64,000 nt of DNA from NCBI GenBank assembly GCA_050008715.1, contig JBEKMC010000002.1, forward strand, positions 1,920 through 65,919, written 5' to 3'. Made by a program: the position numbers and the translations under genes. Below the pieces are notes generated by a model. It had not been told where the DNA came from and ran no database searches. It saw nothing but the letters and a program-made list of their open reading frames with translations. This DNA is from Acidimicrobiales bacterium (GTDB lineage Bacteria; Actinomycetota; Acidimicrobiia; Acidimicrobiales; Bog-793). Of the stretch, positions 55,353 through 64,000 are shown one piece after another (position 1 is the stretch's first letter; the number at the start of each line of letters is the position of its first letter).

Positions 55353-55432
55353 CGCCGGCCCTCGGCCCTAGGAGCTGACGCGGACGAGTATGGTCTGACG
55401 ACCCGACGAGGAAGCGACCCGGAGGCCGGTCC

Positions 55433-56932
55433 ATGAGTCAGCCCGACACCGCTACCGCCTCCGGTCGCGGCAGGGAGCATTTCGACGTGCTCATCGTGGG
55501 CGCAGGTATCTCGGGTGTCGGGGCCGCCTACCACCTCCAGCAGCAGTGTCCCGGCCGGAGCTTCGTCGTGTTGGAAGGGCTCGAAAGCTTCGGGGGGACC
55601 TGGCTCGTGCACCGCTATCCCGGCATCCGCTCGGACAGCGACCTGTACACGTTCGGGTACCGCTTCAAGCCCTGGACCGGACCGCCCATCGCGAGTGCCG
55701 CGGAAATCCTGAAGTACATGGGCGAGGTCATCGCCGACAACGACCTCGAACGACACATCCGCTACCGCCACCACATCTCCTCCGCAAGCTGGTCGAGCGC
55801 GGACGACCGCTGGGCGCTCGAGGTCACCGACACCGAGACCAACGAGGTGCGCCAGTTCACGGCGAGCTTCTTGTGGATGTGCCAGGGCTACTACCGGCAC
55901 GCAGAGGGATACACGCCGGACTGGCCGAGTCTCGAGCGGTACACCGGGCGCGTCGTGCATCCGCAGACATGGCCCGACGACCTCGACTATGCCGGCAAGA
56001 ACGTCATCGTCATCGGTTCCGGTGCCACGGCCGCGACGCTCGTGCCGGCCATCGCCGGCTCCTGCGCACACGTGACGGTTCTCCAGCGGTCGCCGACGTA
56101 TTTCTGGACTGGCAGGAACGTCAACGAGGTCGCCGACATGCTCCGGGAGCTGGACATCCCCGAGGAGTGGATCCACGAGATCGTCCGCCGCAAGATCCTC
56201 CACGAGCAGGAGGCGGTCACGCGCCTGTCCTTCGAGGCGCCCGATTTGTTGCGCGACGAGCTGATCAAGGACGTGCGCGCCCACCTCCCGGAGGGCTACG
56301 ACGTCGAGACGCACTTCACGCCGCGCTATCGACCATGGCGCCAGCGCCTGGCCTACGTGCCCGACGGCGACCTCTTCGAGGGGATCAGCTCAGGGCAGGT
56401 CTCCATGGTGACCGACGAGATCGACTCGTTCACCGAGGGGGGCATCCTCCTCAAGTCCGGCACCGAGATCACCGCGGACATCATCATCACGGCGACAGGT
56501 TTCAACCTGAGTGTGCTCGGCGACATCGCCTTCACCATCGACGGCGCACCGCTCGTCTTCTCCGACACCGTCACGTACCGGGGGATGATGTTCACCGGGG
56601 TCCCCAACCTTGCATGGATCTTCGGCTACTTCCGAGCGAGCTGGACCCTGCGCGCCGACCTTGTCGGAGACTTCGTGTGCCGCATGCTGAACCACATGAA
56701 GGAGCTCGGCGCCACGACGGTCACGCCGGCGCTGCGTGCGGACGACGCCGACATGCCCATCCTGTCCTGGATCGACCCCGACAACTTCAACCCGGGCTAC
56801 ATGATGCGCGGCATGCAACTGCTGCCCCAGCGTGGCGACAAGCCCGAGTGGCAGCACAGCCAGGACTACTGGGCCGAGAAGGACGTCCTGCCCGCAGCCG
56901 ACCTCGACGACGGGTGTCTCGTCTTCGAATAA
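55433..56932 (+). CDS. Flavin-containing / Baeyer-Villiger-type monooxygenase (EthA-like)
   Basis: It has the FAD motif VGAGISGVGAAY, the BVMO-like fingerprint YTGRVVHPQTWPDD and a second Rossmann motif VIGSGATA. Confidence 0.8.
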   Translation: MSQPDTATASGRGREHFDVLIVGAGISGVGAAYHLQQQCPGRSFVVLEGLESFGGTWLVHRYPGIRSDSDLYTFGYRFKPWTGPPIASAAEILKYMGEVIADNDLERHIRYRHHISSASWSSADDRWALEVTDTETNEVRQFTASFLWMCQGYYRHAEGYTPDWPSLERYTGRVVHPQTWPDDLDYAGKNVIVIGSGATAATLVPAIAGSCAHVTVLQRSPTYFWTGRNVNEVADMLRELDIPEEWIHEIVRRKILHEQEAVTRLSFEAPDLLRDELIKDVRAHLPEGYDVETHFTPRYRPWRQRLAYVPDGDLFEGISSGQVSMVTDEIDSFTEGGILLKSGTEITADIIITATGFNLSVLGDIAFTIDGAPLVFSDTVTYRGMMFTGVPNLAWIFGYFRASWTLRADLVGDFVCRMLNHMKELGATTVTPALRADDADMPILSWIDPDNFNPGYMMRGMQLLPQRGDKPEWQHSQDYWAEKDVLPAADLDDGCLVFE

Positions 56933-56998
56933 ACCCAGGCCGAGATACTCGCCGAAGGAGTACCTCAACCTCACCTGCGATGAGGTCGAAGAATTGGT

Positions 56999-59900
56999 GT
57001 GGCCTCTGTCATCCCTTCGCGATCCGAGCGGGACGGGCTGACTCCTTCTGTGCTGGCACCGGCTCTGGCAACGGATCCGGCTGGGCTGTCCATCATCCGG
57101 TCCCACGACGACCGGCCGGCGACGATTGTCAGCGGTCATCGCAGCGTGGCGCTTCAACCGGTCATGGACCTGGCAGACCGGCGCATCATCGCGTACGAGA
57201 CGCGCCCGAGGCCTCCTCTCGGGTCGCCGCGGGTGCTGCTCGACGCCGCGCTCGGCGCCACGAGCCTGCAGCCGACCGTTCCGTTGCTCGTTCCACTCCT
57301 CCGCTCGATGCTCGAAGATCCCGAGTTCGACGTGTGTGCCATCGCGCGGGCGGCGCATGCCTCGCCGGCGGAGATCGTCTGGATGTTCCCGATGCCCACG
57401 CCCGAAGCTCGCGACGGTTCGGAGCGGGAACTGCTGATGCGGACGATCAGGCGGCAGGCGCTCGAGTTGCAGGACCAGGGGTTTCGTATCGGACTTGACG
57501 GTGTCCGCATCCTCGAGCTGCCGTGGCAAGACGTGACGGAGCTCCGTCCCAACTTCCTCTCCTTGGAAGACGACATCTGCGGGCGGCTCGGCGATCCGGC
57601 CTTCGAAGCCGCACTGGCGGGCGTGCTCACCTTCGTCGGACGGCTCGGAGGACGCGCCGTGGCACGAAAGGTGGACGCCAAAGAGCACACAGACGCCCTC
57701 GTCCGCGCAGGCGTCTTCTACGGTCTCGGGCACTATCTCCAGTCGCCCGTCGTCCTCGACGAGGCAAGCGCCATCGAAGGTGACCAGGTCGTCCGACCGT
57801 CCTGGTTCAGAGGAAAGTCGGTTCGTTCCCTTCCGGGGGCCGACTCCGACGGCTCCGCAGATGCGTCGGCCGCCAATTCGGACACGACACCCCACGAGAA
57901 ACCCTCGAACGTGCTCTTCCTCCCGTCGCCCGCCCCCGCCGGCGTCGTCGCCAACACAGAAGCCTCGCTGTCGGAGCTGATCAGTGAGTCGGCACGTCGA
58001 TTCTTTCTCGCCGACAGCCCGGCACACGTCTTCGAACTGCTCGCCGAAGTGGTGCCGCTCGTGGCCCGCTTCGACCGGCTGGCGATCTTCGAGGCGGACT
58101 GGTCGCGCTACCTGATGGAGCCGCGCGTCCTCATCGGGGGCGAGCTCGAAGCGCTCACCGAGCTGAACCACGCCCTCGGTGCCGGCATCACCGGCTGGGC
58201 ATTCCTACGCGGCAAGCCGTACTACTGCGCTAAGACGGCTGAGCACCCTGAAGCCGCACCCATACCGGGTGAACCGGAACGAGATGAGTCCCTTCTCGTC
58301 GTGCCGCTCGTCTCCGGCAACAAACGCATCGGCGTCCTCGACGTCTGGCGCGACGGAAACGACCAGTTCAGCGAAGCTGAGCTACAGCGCTGCGCGTTGC
58401 TCGCCGCCGTGGCGGCAGATGCTTGGCGGCACGCGAGCGATCGGGCGGAGCTCGAACAACGAGTGGTCACCGATACCGGCACCGGCCTGCTCAACAAGCG
58501 ATGGTGGGACGAGCTGGCGCCCCGAGAGGCAGCGCAGGCGTTACGCACCGGTAGTGGCATCGCCATCCTCCTCGTCGACCTCGACGGATTCAAGACCGTG
58601 AACGACACGTACGGGCACGCCATCGGCGACATCGTCCTCAACCAGGTCGCCCGGTCGCTCCTCTCGTCGGTGCGGCCTGGCGACGCCGCCATCCGGTACG
58701 GCGGCGACGAGTTCCTGCTCATGCTGCGCGACTGTGACGTGGCGGGCGCCGTGCGGGTCGCCGAGGATGTGCAGGTCGCGATCGGAGCCATGACCGGCCC
58801 GGCCGCTGCCGGCCTCAGCGCCTCCGTCGGGATCGCGCTGTTCCCTGACCACGGCCAGACGCTCGACGACGTAGCCCAGGCGGCCGACGCTGCGATGTAC
58901 AAGGCGAAGGGCGCCGGGGGCGACCGGATGGCCACGTACTCCTCGGCTGCGGGCTCCTCGGCTGCGGGAAGCGGCGAGGGCCGCGAGACACCGCCGATGT
59001 CGAGAACGAAGGACTCGCCGGCCGGTCTTCAAGACGGCAGCCTCTCGGTCGCCCCAGTCGTCGCCGAGGGCTCCGTGAAGCCGTTCGGGCGTGATATGGG
59101 CGAGCAGCACCGCCAGCTGGCCGAAGCTCAACGGATCGCCATGATCGGCAGCTTTGAGATGCACCTGGATTCGGGAAAGGTCGAGTGGTCGGCAGAGCTG
59201 CGCCGGATCCTCGACATCCATGCCGACGAGCGCTCGTCGGCGTCTGCCGTGATCGAGCGTGTCCATCCGGATGACCTCGAAGGCTTCGTGACTTCGACCA
59301 GCGCGTGGATGCAGGAGGGAGCGAGGCGTTACGAGCGCACCTTCCGAATCGTGTGCGGCGACGGAGCAGTCCGGCACGTGTACATGCGGGCATGCTCCGA
59401 CACCGACGCTTCGGATGGGCGAGTACTCACGGGAACCGTGCAGGACGTCACCGACCGGGTCGTCTCCGAGGAGGCGCGACGCGCCGCCGAAGCCCAGTTC
59501 TCGTTGGCATTCGACCAGGGTGCGATCGGGATGCTCACGACCACGCTCGACCGGATCATCACCCGCGTGAACCCGGCGCTGTGCGAACTGCTGGGCAGAT
59601 CCGAAGCGGAGATCCTCGGCTGCACTCCGGATGCATTCGCTCACCCGGACGACCTCGCCGCCGGACAACGACCGCTCCTCGATGACCTGCTCGGCTCGCC
59701 GGAAGGCCGCGTCGACTCCGACCGCCGGTACGTGCGTCCAGATGGCAGTCCGGTGTACGTACGCACCTACCTCACGCTGGTGCGTGACTCGACCGGAGCC
59801 GCCCAGTACGTGTTCGGCCAACTCGAGGACGTCACCGAGCGGAAGCGCCAAGAAGACGAGATCCGGCGACTCGTGCTCGAGGATCCCCTCACCGGCCTGC

Positions 59901-61156
59901 CGAACCGGCAGGTCTTCCATGATCGGATGGCGCGTTCCCTGCGGCGGACACGACGCCCGGACGACAAGGTCGCCGTCCTGCTCGTCGGCATCGATCACTT
60001 CAAGCGCGTGAACGACTCACGTGGGCCCGCTGCCGGCGACCGTCTGCTCATGCAGGCGGCTCGACGAATGGCCGACGGACTGCGGGCGCGCGACACGGTC
60101 GCCCGCCTGTCGGGCGACGAGTTCGTCCTGCTCTTCGAAGGAGTTCGGGACGTAGCGCACGCCCGCTCATTGAGCGAGCGCTTGGCGGGCCTGTTCGCCG
60201 AGCCCTTCCTCCTCGACGACGACGAGATCATCCTCACGGTGTCCTGCGGGATCACCCTGGCGTCCGGTTCGGAACGGCCAGAGGATCTCCTGCGGGACGC
60301 GGAGGCGGCCATGCACCTCGCCAAGGAGAACGGCCGCGCCCGGAGCGAGGTGTTCGACGAGACGATCCGCACGAGGGCGACCGGCCGTCTCGCCCTCGAG
60401 GCGGCGCTGCGTCACGCCGTCGACCGGCACGAGATTCAGGTCGCGTTCCAGCCGATCATTCGTTTCCCCGAAGAGGCGGTCGTCGGCGTCGAGGCGCTCG
60501 CCCGCTGGACTCACCCCGACCGTGGCGTGATCAGCCCGTCGGAGTTCATCCCGATCGCGGAGGAGACCGGTCTCATCGCCCCCCTTGGCGAGCACATGCT
60601 CGAGGCTGCGCTCGAGCAGGTGGCAGTGTGGCGACGGGATGTTCCCGGCTGGGAATCCATGTTCGTGTCTGTGAACCTGTCACCAAAGCAGCTGGTGGCC
60701 GAAGACCTGCTCGAGCGATGCCTCTCCGCACTTGCCCGCCACAATCTGGCGCCCGACAGCCTGCACCTCGAAGTGACCGAGAGCACCCTCATGGACGACG
60801 CGGAGTTGTCCACGCGGATCCTCAACGGCCTTTCCGAGGCAGGAATCGTGATCGCCCTCGACGACTTCGGTACCGGCTTCTCGTCACTCAGCCGTCTGAA
60901 AGAGCTGCCCGTGGCCACGCTCAAGATCGACAGGTCGTTCGTGGACGGCCTCGGGTCGGACCCGAACGACTCTTCGATCGTGCAAGCCATCGCGAGCCTC
61001 GGCCACGCGCTCAACCTCGAGCTGTGTGCCGAGGGTGTGGAGCTGCCACTGCAGCGGGACGAGCTCATACGTCTCGGATGCCACCGCGCGCAGGGCTACC
61101 TCTGGGCACCCGCGCTGCGCGCCGCCGACTTCGCCGCGAGGTTCGTTCCCCGCTAG
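56999..61156 (+). CDS. 1385-aa multidomain c-di-GMP signalling protein: degenerate EAL-like, GAF, GGDEF, PAS, PAS, GGDEF(SGDEF), EAL
   Basis: The start codon is GTG. Domain order is read from motifs. The N-terminus begins LQPVMDLADRRIIAYETR with the other EAL motifs lost. A GAF domain follows (GITGWAFLRGKPYY...VPLVSGNKRIGVLDV). Next come RPGDAAIRYGGDEF, two PAS folds and RARDTVARLSGDEF. The C-terminal EAL domain is intact (EALARW, NLSP, EVTES, DDFGTGFSSL, KIDRSF, AEGVE, AQGY). Confidence 0.85.
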   Translation: MASVIPSRSERDGLTPSVLAPALATDPAGLSIIRSHDDRPATIVSGHRSVALQPVMDLADRRIIAYETRPRPPLGSPRVLLDAALGATSLQPTVPLLVPLLRSMLEDPEFDVCAIARAAHASPAEIVWMFPMPTPEARDGSERELLMRTIRRQALELQDQGFRIGLDGVRILELPWQDVTELRPNFLSLEDDICGRLGDPAFEAALAGVLTFVGRLGGRAVARKVDAKEHTDALVRAGVFYGLGHYLQSPVVLDEASAIEGDQVVRPSWFRGKSVRSLPGADSDGSADASAANSDTTPHEKPSNVLFLPSPAPAGVVANTEASLSELISESARRFFLADSPAHVFELLAEVVPLVARFDRLAIFEADWSRYLMEPRVLIGGELEALTELNHALGAGITGWAFLRGKPYYCAKTAEHPEAAPIPGEPERDESLLVVPLVSGNKRIGVLDVWRDGNDQFSEAELQRCALLAAVAADAWRHASDRAELEQRVVTDTGTGLLNKRWWDELAPREAAQALRTGSGIAILLVDLDGFKTVNDTYGHAIGDIVLNQVARSLLSSVRPGDAAIRYGGDEFLLMLRDCDVAGAVRVAEDVQVAIGAMTGPAAAGLSASVGIALFPDHGQTLDDVAQAADAAMYKAKGAGGDRMATYSSAAGSSAAGSGEGRETPPMSRTKDSPAGLQDGSLSVAPVVAEGSVKPFGRDMGEQHRQLAEAQRIAMIGSFEMHLDSGKVEWSAELRRILDIHADERSSASAVIERVHPDDLEGFVTSTSAWMQEGARRYERTFRIVCGDGAVRHVYMRACSDTDASDGRVLTGTVQDVTDRVVSEEARRAAEAQFSLAFDQGAIGMLTTTLDRIITRVNPALCELLGRSEAEILGCTPDAFAHPDDLAAGQRPLLDDLLGSPEGRVDSDRRYVRPDGSPVYVRTYLTLVRDSTGAAQYVFGQLEDVTERKRQEDEIRRLVLEDPLTGLPNRQVFHDRMARSLRRTRRPDDKVAVLLVGIDHFKRVNDSRGPAAGDRLLMQAARRMADGLRARDTVARLSGDEFVLLFEGVRDVAHARSLSERLAGLFAEPFLLDDDEIILTVSCGITLASGSERPEDLLRDAEAAMHLAKENGRARSEVFDETIRTRATGRLALEAALRHAVDRHEIQVAFQPIIRFPEEAVVGVEALARWTHPDRGVISPSEFIPIAEETGLIAPLGEHMLEAALEQVAVWRRDVPGWESMFVSVNLSPKQLVAEDLLERCLSALARHNLAPDSLHLEVTESTLMDDAELSTRILNGLSEAGIVIALDDFGTGFSSLSRLKELPVATLKIDRSFVDGLGSDPNDSSIVQAIASLGHALNLELCAEGVELPLQRDELIRLGCHRAQGYLWAPALRAADFAARFVPR

Positions 61157-61167
61157 ATCACCCCACG

Positions 61168-61201
61168 CTGTTGCGACACCGGTCGCCAGCGTTAATGTTG
61201 T
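61168..61201. terminator. Hairpin after the 1385-aa gene (weak terminator candidate)
   Basis: TGCGACA (61168-61174) pairs with TGTCGCA (61195-61201) around a 20-nt loop. It begins 12 nt after the stop at 61156. Confidence 0.25.
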
Positions 61202-61221
61202 CGCAGCGAGGGGACAAGGAC

Positions 61222-62130
61222 ATGATGGGTGGTCATGACCACGCGGGCCTTCGGACTGCCCGGCGATGGCTCAAGAACGTCGGAGGCGCCTTTGCGGTCG
61301 CCTTGCTGGTCGTCGTCTTGTTGCCCACCGGGGTGAAAGCGGCGTCGTCGACAAAGGTCGCGTTGATCGTGCTCGAGAACCACGACTACAACAACATCGT
61401 GGGCAACTCGTCAGCCCCGTATCTGAACTCGCTCATGTCCGAGGGACTGTTCCTCTCGGACTACAACGCCATCGTCGCCGGCAGCGACAAGGACTACCGG
61501 GCCATGACCTCGGGCACGACGAACGAGACCACACCGACATCGGCGAACATCTTTCAAGGGATGCAGGCCGCCGGCGACAGCTGGACGGAACTGAACGAAT
61601 CGATGGGGGGCAACTGCGGTGTCACCACGTCGAAGACTGTTCCCGGTACGTCGGTACCGCTGTATGTCACCGACCACGACCCGGCTTGGATGTACGCGTC
61701 GAACGAGGATTGCGACGCAGACGACGTCCCGCTCACGTCGGACTCTCAGCTCGCCTCCCTGCCGAAGTTCAGCTTCATCGTTCCGAACGATTGCGACGAC
61801 ATGCACACCTTCCCGCCGAAGGGCACGTGCCCGGCGTATTTCGGCTCCGTGAAGGCCTCCGACGCAGTGGGGATCGGCGATGCCTGGCTCTCCCACGTCG
61901 TGCCACGGCTCCTCGCAGATCCCAGCGTCACGGTGATCGTCACCTTCGATGAAGGCAACTCGCCGAACGAGCACATCTACGCCGTCGAACTCGGCGCGGG
62001 CGTCACCGCCGGCACGGTCAACACGACGAAGTACAACCACTATGGGCTGCTCGCCGGCCTCTACGAGAACTTCGCCCTCGGCACGGCACCCCACAACGGC
62101 GCCAAGGCCAAGGTCGTGTCCATCGGCTGA
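61222..62130 (+). CDS. Secreted phosphoesterase-family protein (acid phosphatase / phospholipase C-like)
   Basis: ATG 61222 is preceded by GAGGGGACAAGGA. A signal/TM segment (AFAVALLVVVLL) is followed by VALIVLENHDYNNIVG...APYLNSL, as in the Phosphoesterase family, and by FIVPNDCDDMH. Confidence 0.6.
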   Translation: MMGGHDHAGLRTARRWLKNVGGAFAVALLVVVLLPTGVKAASSTKVALIVLENHDYNNIVGNSSAPYLNSLMSEGLFLSDYNAIVAGSDKDYRAMTSGTTNETTPTSANIFQGMQAAGDSWTELNESMGGNCGVTTSKTVPGTSVPLYVTDHDPAWMYASNEDCDADDVPLTSDSQLASLPKFSFIVPNDCDDMHTFPPKGTCPAYFGSVKASDAVGIGDAWLSHVVPRLLADPSVTVIVTFDEGNSPNEHIYAVELGAGVTAGTVNTTKYNHYGLLAGLYENFALGTAPHNGAKAKVVSIG

Positions 62131-62196
62131 GCCGCCGCCGGCCGCTGGATCGGGCCGTCGAAGTGACATACGGCTCGTACCTGCCGCGGCCGCCAG

Positions 62197-62547
62197 TTAC
62201 GGGAAGGCCTGCCGCAGGCGAACGGCGATCAGCTTCTCGACGAGCTCGGACGGGAGAGGCTGATCCAAGGGAAAGTGCAAGGAGCCGGAGGACTTCTCGT
62301 ACCCGGCCAGCTCCGCCGATAGCTCCGGGAACACGGAGCCGCTATGGGGAAGGTAGCTGAGGTGGTTCTTGAAGGCGGCAAAGCCTGCGATCGTCTTGCC
62401 CGCGACCTTGAAACCCGGCAAGGAGTACGACATGCACTCCTCGGCGTCGGGGACCACGGCGAGGATGTCCTGTCGCAGTCGCGTGAGCGTCGAGCGTTTC
62501 GGTTCGTCGAGCTGACGAAGGTACTCGTCGATCTCGTCGGCCGCCAT
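62197..62547 (-). CDS. DUF1801 (YdhG-like) domain protein
   Basis: This 116-aa protein has IDEYLRQLDEPKRSTLTRLRQDILAVVPDAEECMSYSLPGFKVAGK, typical of DUF1801. Confidence 0.65.
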   Translation of the reverse strand: MAADEIDEYLRQLDEPKRSTLTRLRQDILAVVPDAEECMSYSLPGFKVAGKTIAGFAAFKNHLSYLPHSGSVFPELSAELAGYEKSSGSLHFPLDQPLPSELVEKLIAVRLRQAFP

Positions 62548-62672
62548 CAGCTGTCTCCCTTCTCGAGGCGCTCTTGGAGGACGACCGTGACGAGGTCACC
62601 GGGTTGCTTGGCGAGGGCCGCCGTGCCGGTGCTCGTCTCGAGCGGCGCCGTGCCCTCTCTGTCCAACTTCAT
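62547..62672 (-). CDS. Possible 41-aa ORF coupled to the DUF1801 gene (very uncertain)
   Basis: It reads MKLDREGTAPLETSTGTAALAKQPGDLVTVVLQERLEKGDS*. Its stop overlaps the DUF1801 start (TGATG), and its 3' end contains that gene's AAGGGAGA RBS. No family is recognised, and its own RBS is weak. Confidence 0.2.
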   Translation of the reverse strand: MKLDREGTAPLETSTGTAALAKQPGDLVTVVLQERLEKGDS

Positions 62673-62848
62673 CGTTCCAAAGCTACGCCGCGGGGTCGGA
62701 TCAGATGCGCTCCCGGCCGCTGTGACGTAGCCGTACTGCTCTGGCTCGCGGACATTGTTTCCCTCCCGGCTCGACACCATCTGTAGATCCGACGAGGGAC
62801 ACGTGACGAACTCATCGGCACCCGAACGGCTGTGTATCGTGGCGGCGC

Positions 62849-64000
62849 ATGCCTCGGCGGCTTGATGACGCGGTCCAGCCGCGAACCGGAGGTGACCAGG
62901 TAAGCCTTCGTCGACCCCGTTCCAATCACGTGTCCCCGAGCCTGGAGTCCCGCCTGTCCCGCCGGCGCTACACCGCCGGGAGCTTCGGGGGCTCAGCCGT
63001 TGCCATCGCGGCCTTCTGTTGGATGCTGACCGGGGGCACGTGGGACTTCCTGCAGACGGGTCTCTTCACGAATTTCTATGACGCCCAGGCTCGCTCGTTG
63101 CTCGCGGGCCACTGGAACGTGTCGCCGAGCGTGCTCTCGATCGAGGGCATTGTCGAGCACGGCAAGACGTATATGTACTTCGGTCCGGTCCCGGCCATCC
63201 TGCGAATGCCGGTGCTCCTCGTCACACATCGCTTCGACGGTCGGCTCACCCAACCTTCGATGCTTCTCGCGTACGTGTTGGCTCTGCTGTTCACCGCTCG
63301 TCTCGCATGGAGGATCCGGGAGGTCGTCGCCGGCGACGAGGACGTCTCACGGATAGAGGCCTTCCTCGTCGGGCTGGCCGTGGCGGCGATCGGCCTGGGG
63401 TCGAATCTGTTCTTCCTCGCAAGTGACCCGACCATCTACCACGAGGCGGAGCTCTGGGGCGCCGCGCTCGCGATCGGGGCCTTCAGCTTCCTCGTCGACT
63501 TCCTCGTGCGCCCGTCTCTTCGATCGTGCGTACTCGCCGGCGTCTTCGCGACGCTCTCGATCCTCTCCCGAGCCTCAGTGGGCGCGGGGCCGGTCGCAGC
63601 GCTCGCGCTGACCGCCGTCGTGTGGCTTGTCGCCAGCTCCCCGAGCAAACCCCGTAGTGACGGTCAGGGTTGGCGACGGCGCTTTACCCGCCTTCTCGGT
63701 ATTCCGGAGCCTGAGGCGAGGACGTGGACGACGATCGTCCTCGTCACCTGTGTCCTCGTTCCCGTGCTCATTTACGTAGCCATCAACGAGGTGAAGTTCG
63801 GAACGTCGTTCAGCGTGCCCTTCGACAACCAAGTCGAGACCGCGATCAGCGCTCACCGGAGGGCTACCCTGGCTGCGAACGGTGGCAGCCTGTTCGGTCT
63901 CAAGTTCGTCCCTACGGCGCTTCTCGCCTACCTCCGCCCCGATGCCCTGCACGTGACGCGTCTGTTTCCCTGGTTGATGTTCCCGCCATCGGCGAACGTG
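62849..64000 (+). CDS. Polytopic membrane protein, possible GT-C-type glycosyltransferase; the 3' end runs off the window
   Basis: My own translation is open from the stop at 62804-62806 to 64000 (...FYDAQARSLLAGHWNVSPSVLSIEGIVEHGKTYMYFGPVPAILRMPVLL...) and shows multiple hydrophobic helices. The first ATG is at 62849, and GTG 62930 is an alternative. It is absent from the ORF track because there is no stop in the window. Confidence 0.6.
   Translation, partial: MPRRLDDAVQPRTGGDQVSLRRPRSNHVSPSLESRLSRRRYTAGSFGGSAVAIAAFCWMLTGGTWDFLQTGLFTNFYDAQARSLLAGHWNVSPSVLSIEGIVEHGKTYMYFGPVPAILRMPVLLVTHRFDGRLTQPSMLLAYVLALLFTARLAWRIREVVAGDEDVSRIEAFLVGLAVAAIGLGSNLFFLASDPTIYHEAELWGAALAIGAFSFLVDFLVRPSLRSCVLAGVFATLSILSRASVGAGPVAALALTAVVWLVASSPSKPRSDGQGWRRRFTRLLGIPEPEARTWTTIVLVTCVLVPVLIYVAINEVKFGTSFSVPFDNQVETAISAHRRATLAANGGSLFGLKFVPTALLAYLRPDALHVTRLFPWLMFPPSANV

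Noticed and set aside
55546-57498. 650-aa plus-strand ORF
   Set aside because: It is an alternate frame running across the BVMO gene and the start of the 1385-aa gene. The product is Arg-rich.

Overview
This is a densely coding, high-GC chromosomal segment (about two-thirds G+C by eye) with actinobacterial gene content and local synteny. I call about 50 protein-coding genes on both strands. I recognised no rRNA, tRNA, CRISPR array, transposase or integrase. The housekeeping backbone comprises pfk, msrA, holB-tmk-topA, a membrane H+-pyrophosphatase, an APC permease with two TrkA genes, a primary-like sigma-70, nadE, glnE, mobA and purD. Accessory content includes a P450-ferredoxin pair, two acyl-CoA synthetases, kynureninase, a DMGDH-like flavoprotein, a Baeyer-Villiger-type monooxygenase and two LLM oxidoreductases (one a truncated remnant). 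It also includes a LOG protein, a class-B PBP and several secreted proteins or lipoproteins of unknown function. Five observations stand out. (i) An ECF sigma and a soluble ZAS anti-sigma with RsrA-identical Cys/His spacing lie upstream of msrA, which carries a SigH/SigR-type promoter. (ii) A co-directional module encodes a polytopic membrane protein with a Cys-less SCO-like domain, a beta-propeller lipoprotein and a CtaG-like protein. (iii) The APC permease is fused to a C-terminal OB-fold next to the TrkA pair. (iv) There are three c-di-GMP genes, including a 1385-aa protein with a degenerate N-terminal EAL, GAF, two GGDEF, PAS domains and an intact EAL. (v) There are two clean tandem repeats (about 79 bp x2 and 18 bp x3) and a truncated LLM gene remnant. 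Many long ORF-track entries are antisense or alternate-frame shadows typical of high-GC DNA, and I rejected them. All family calls come from motif recognition by eye, not from searches. Several start codons are best guesses.
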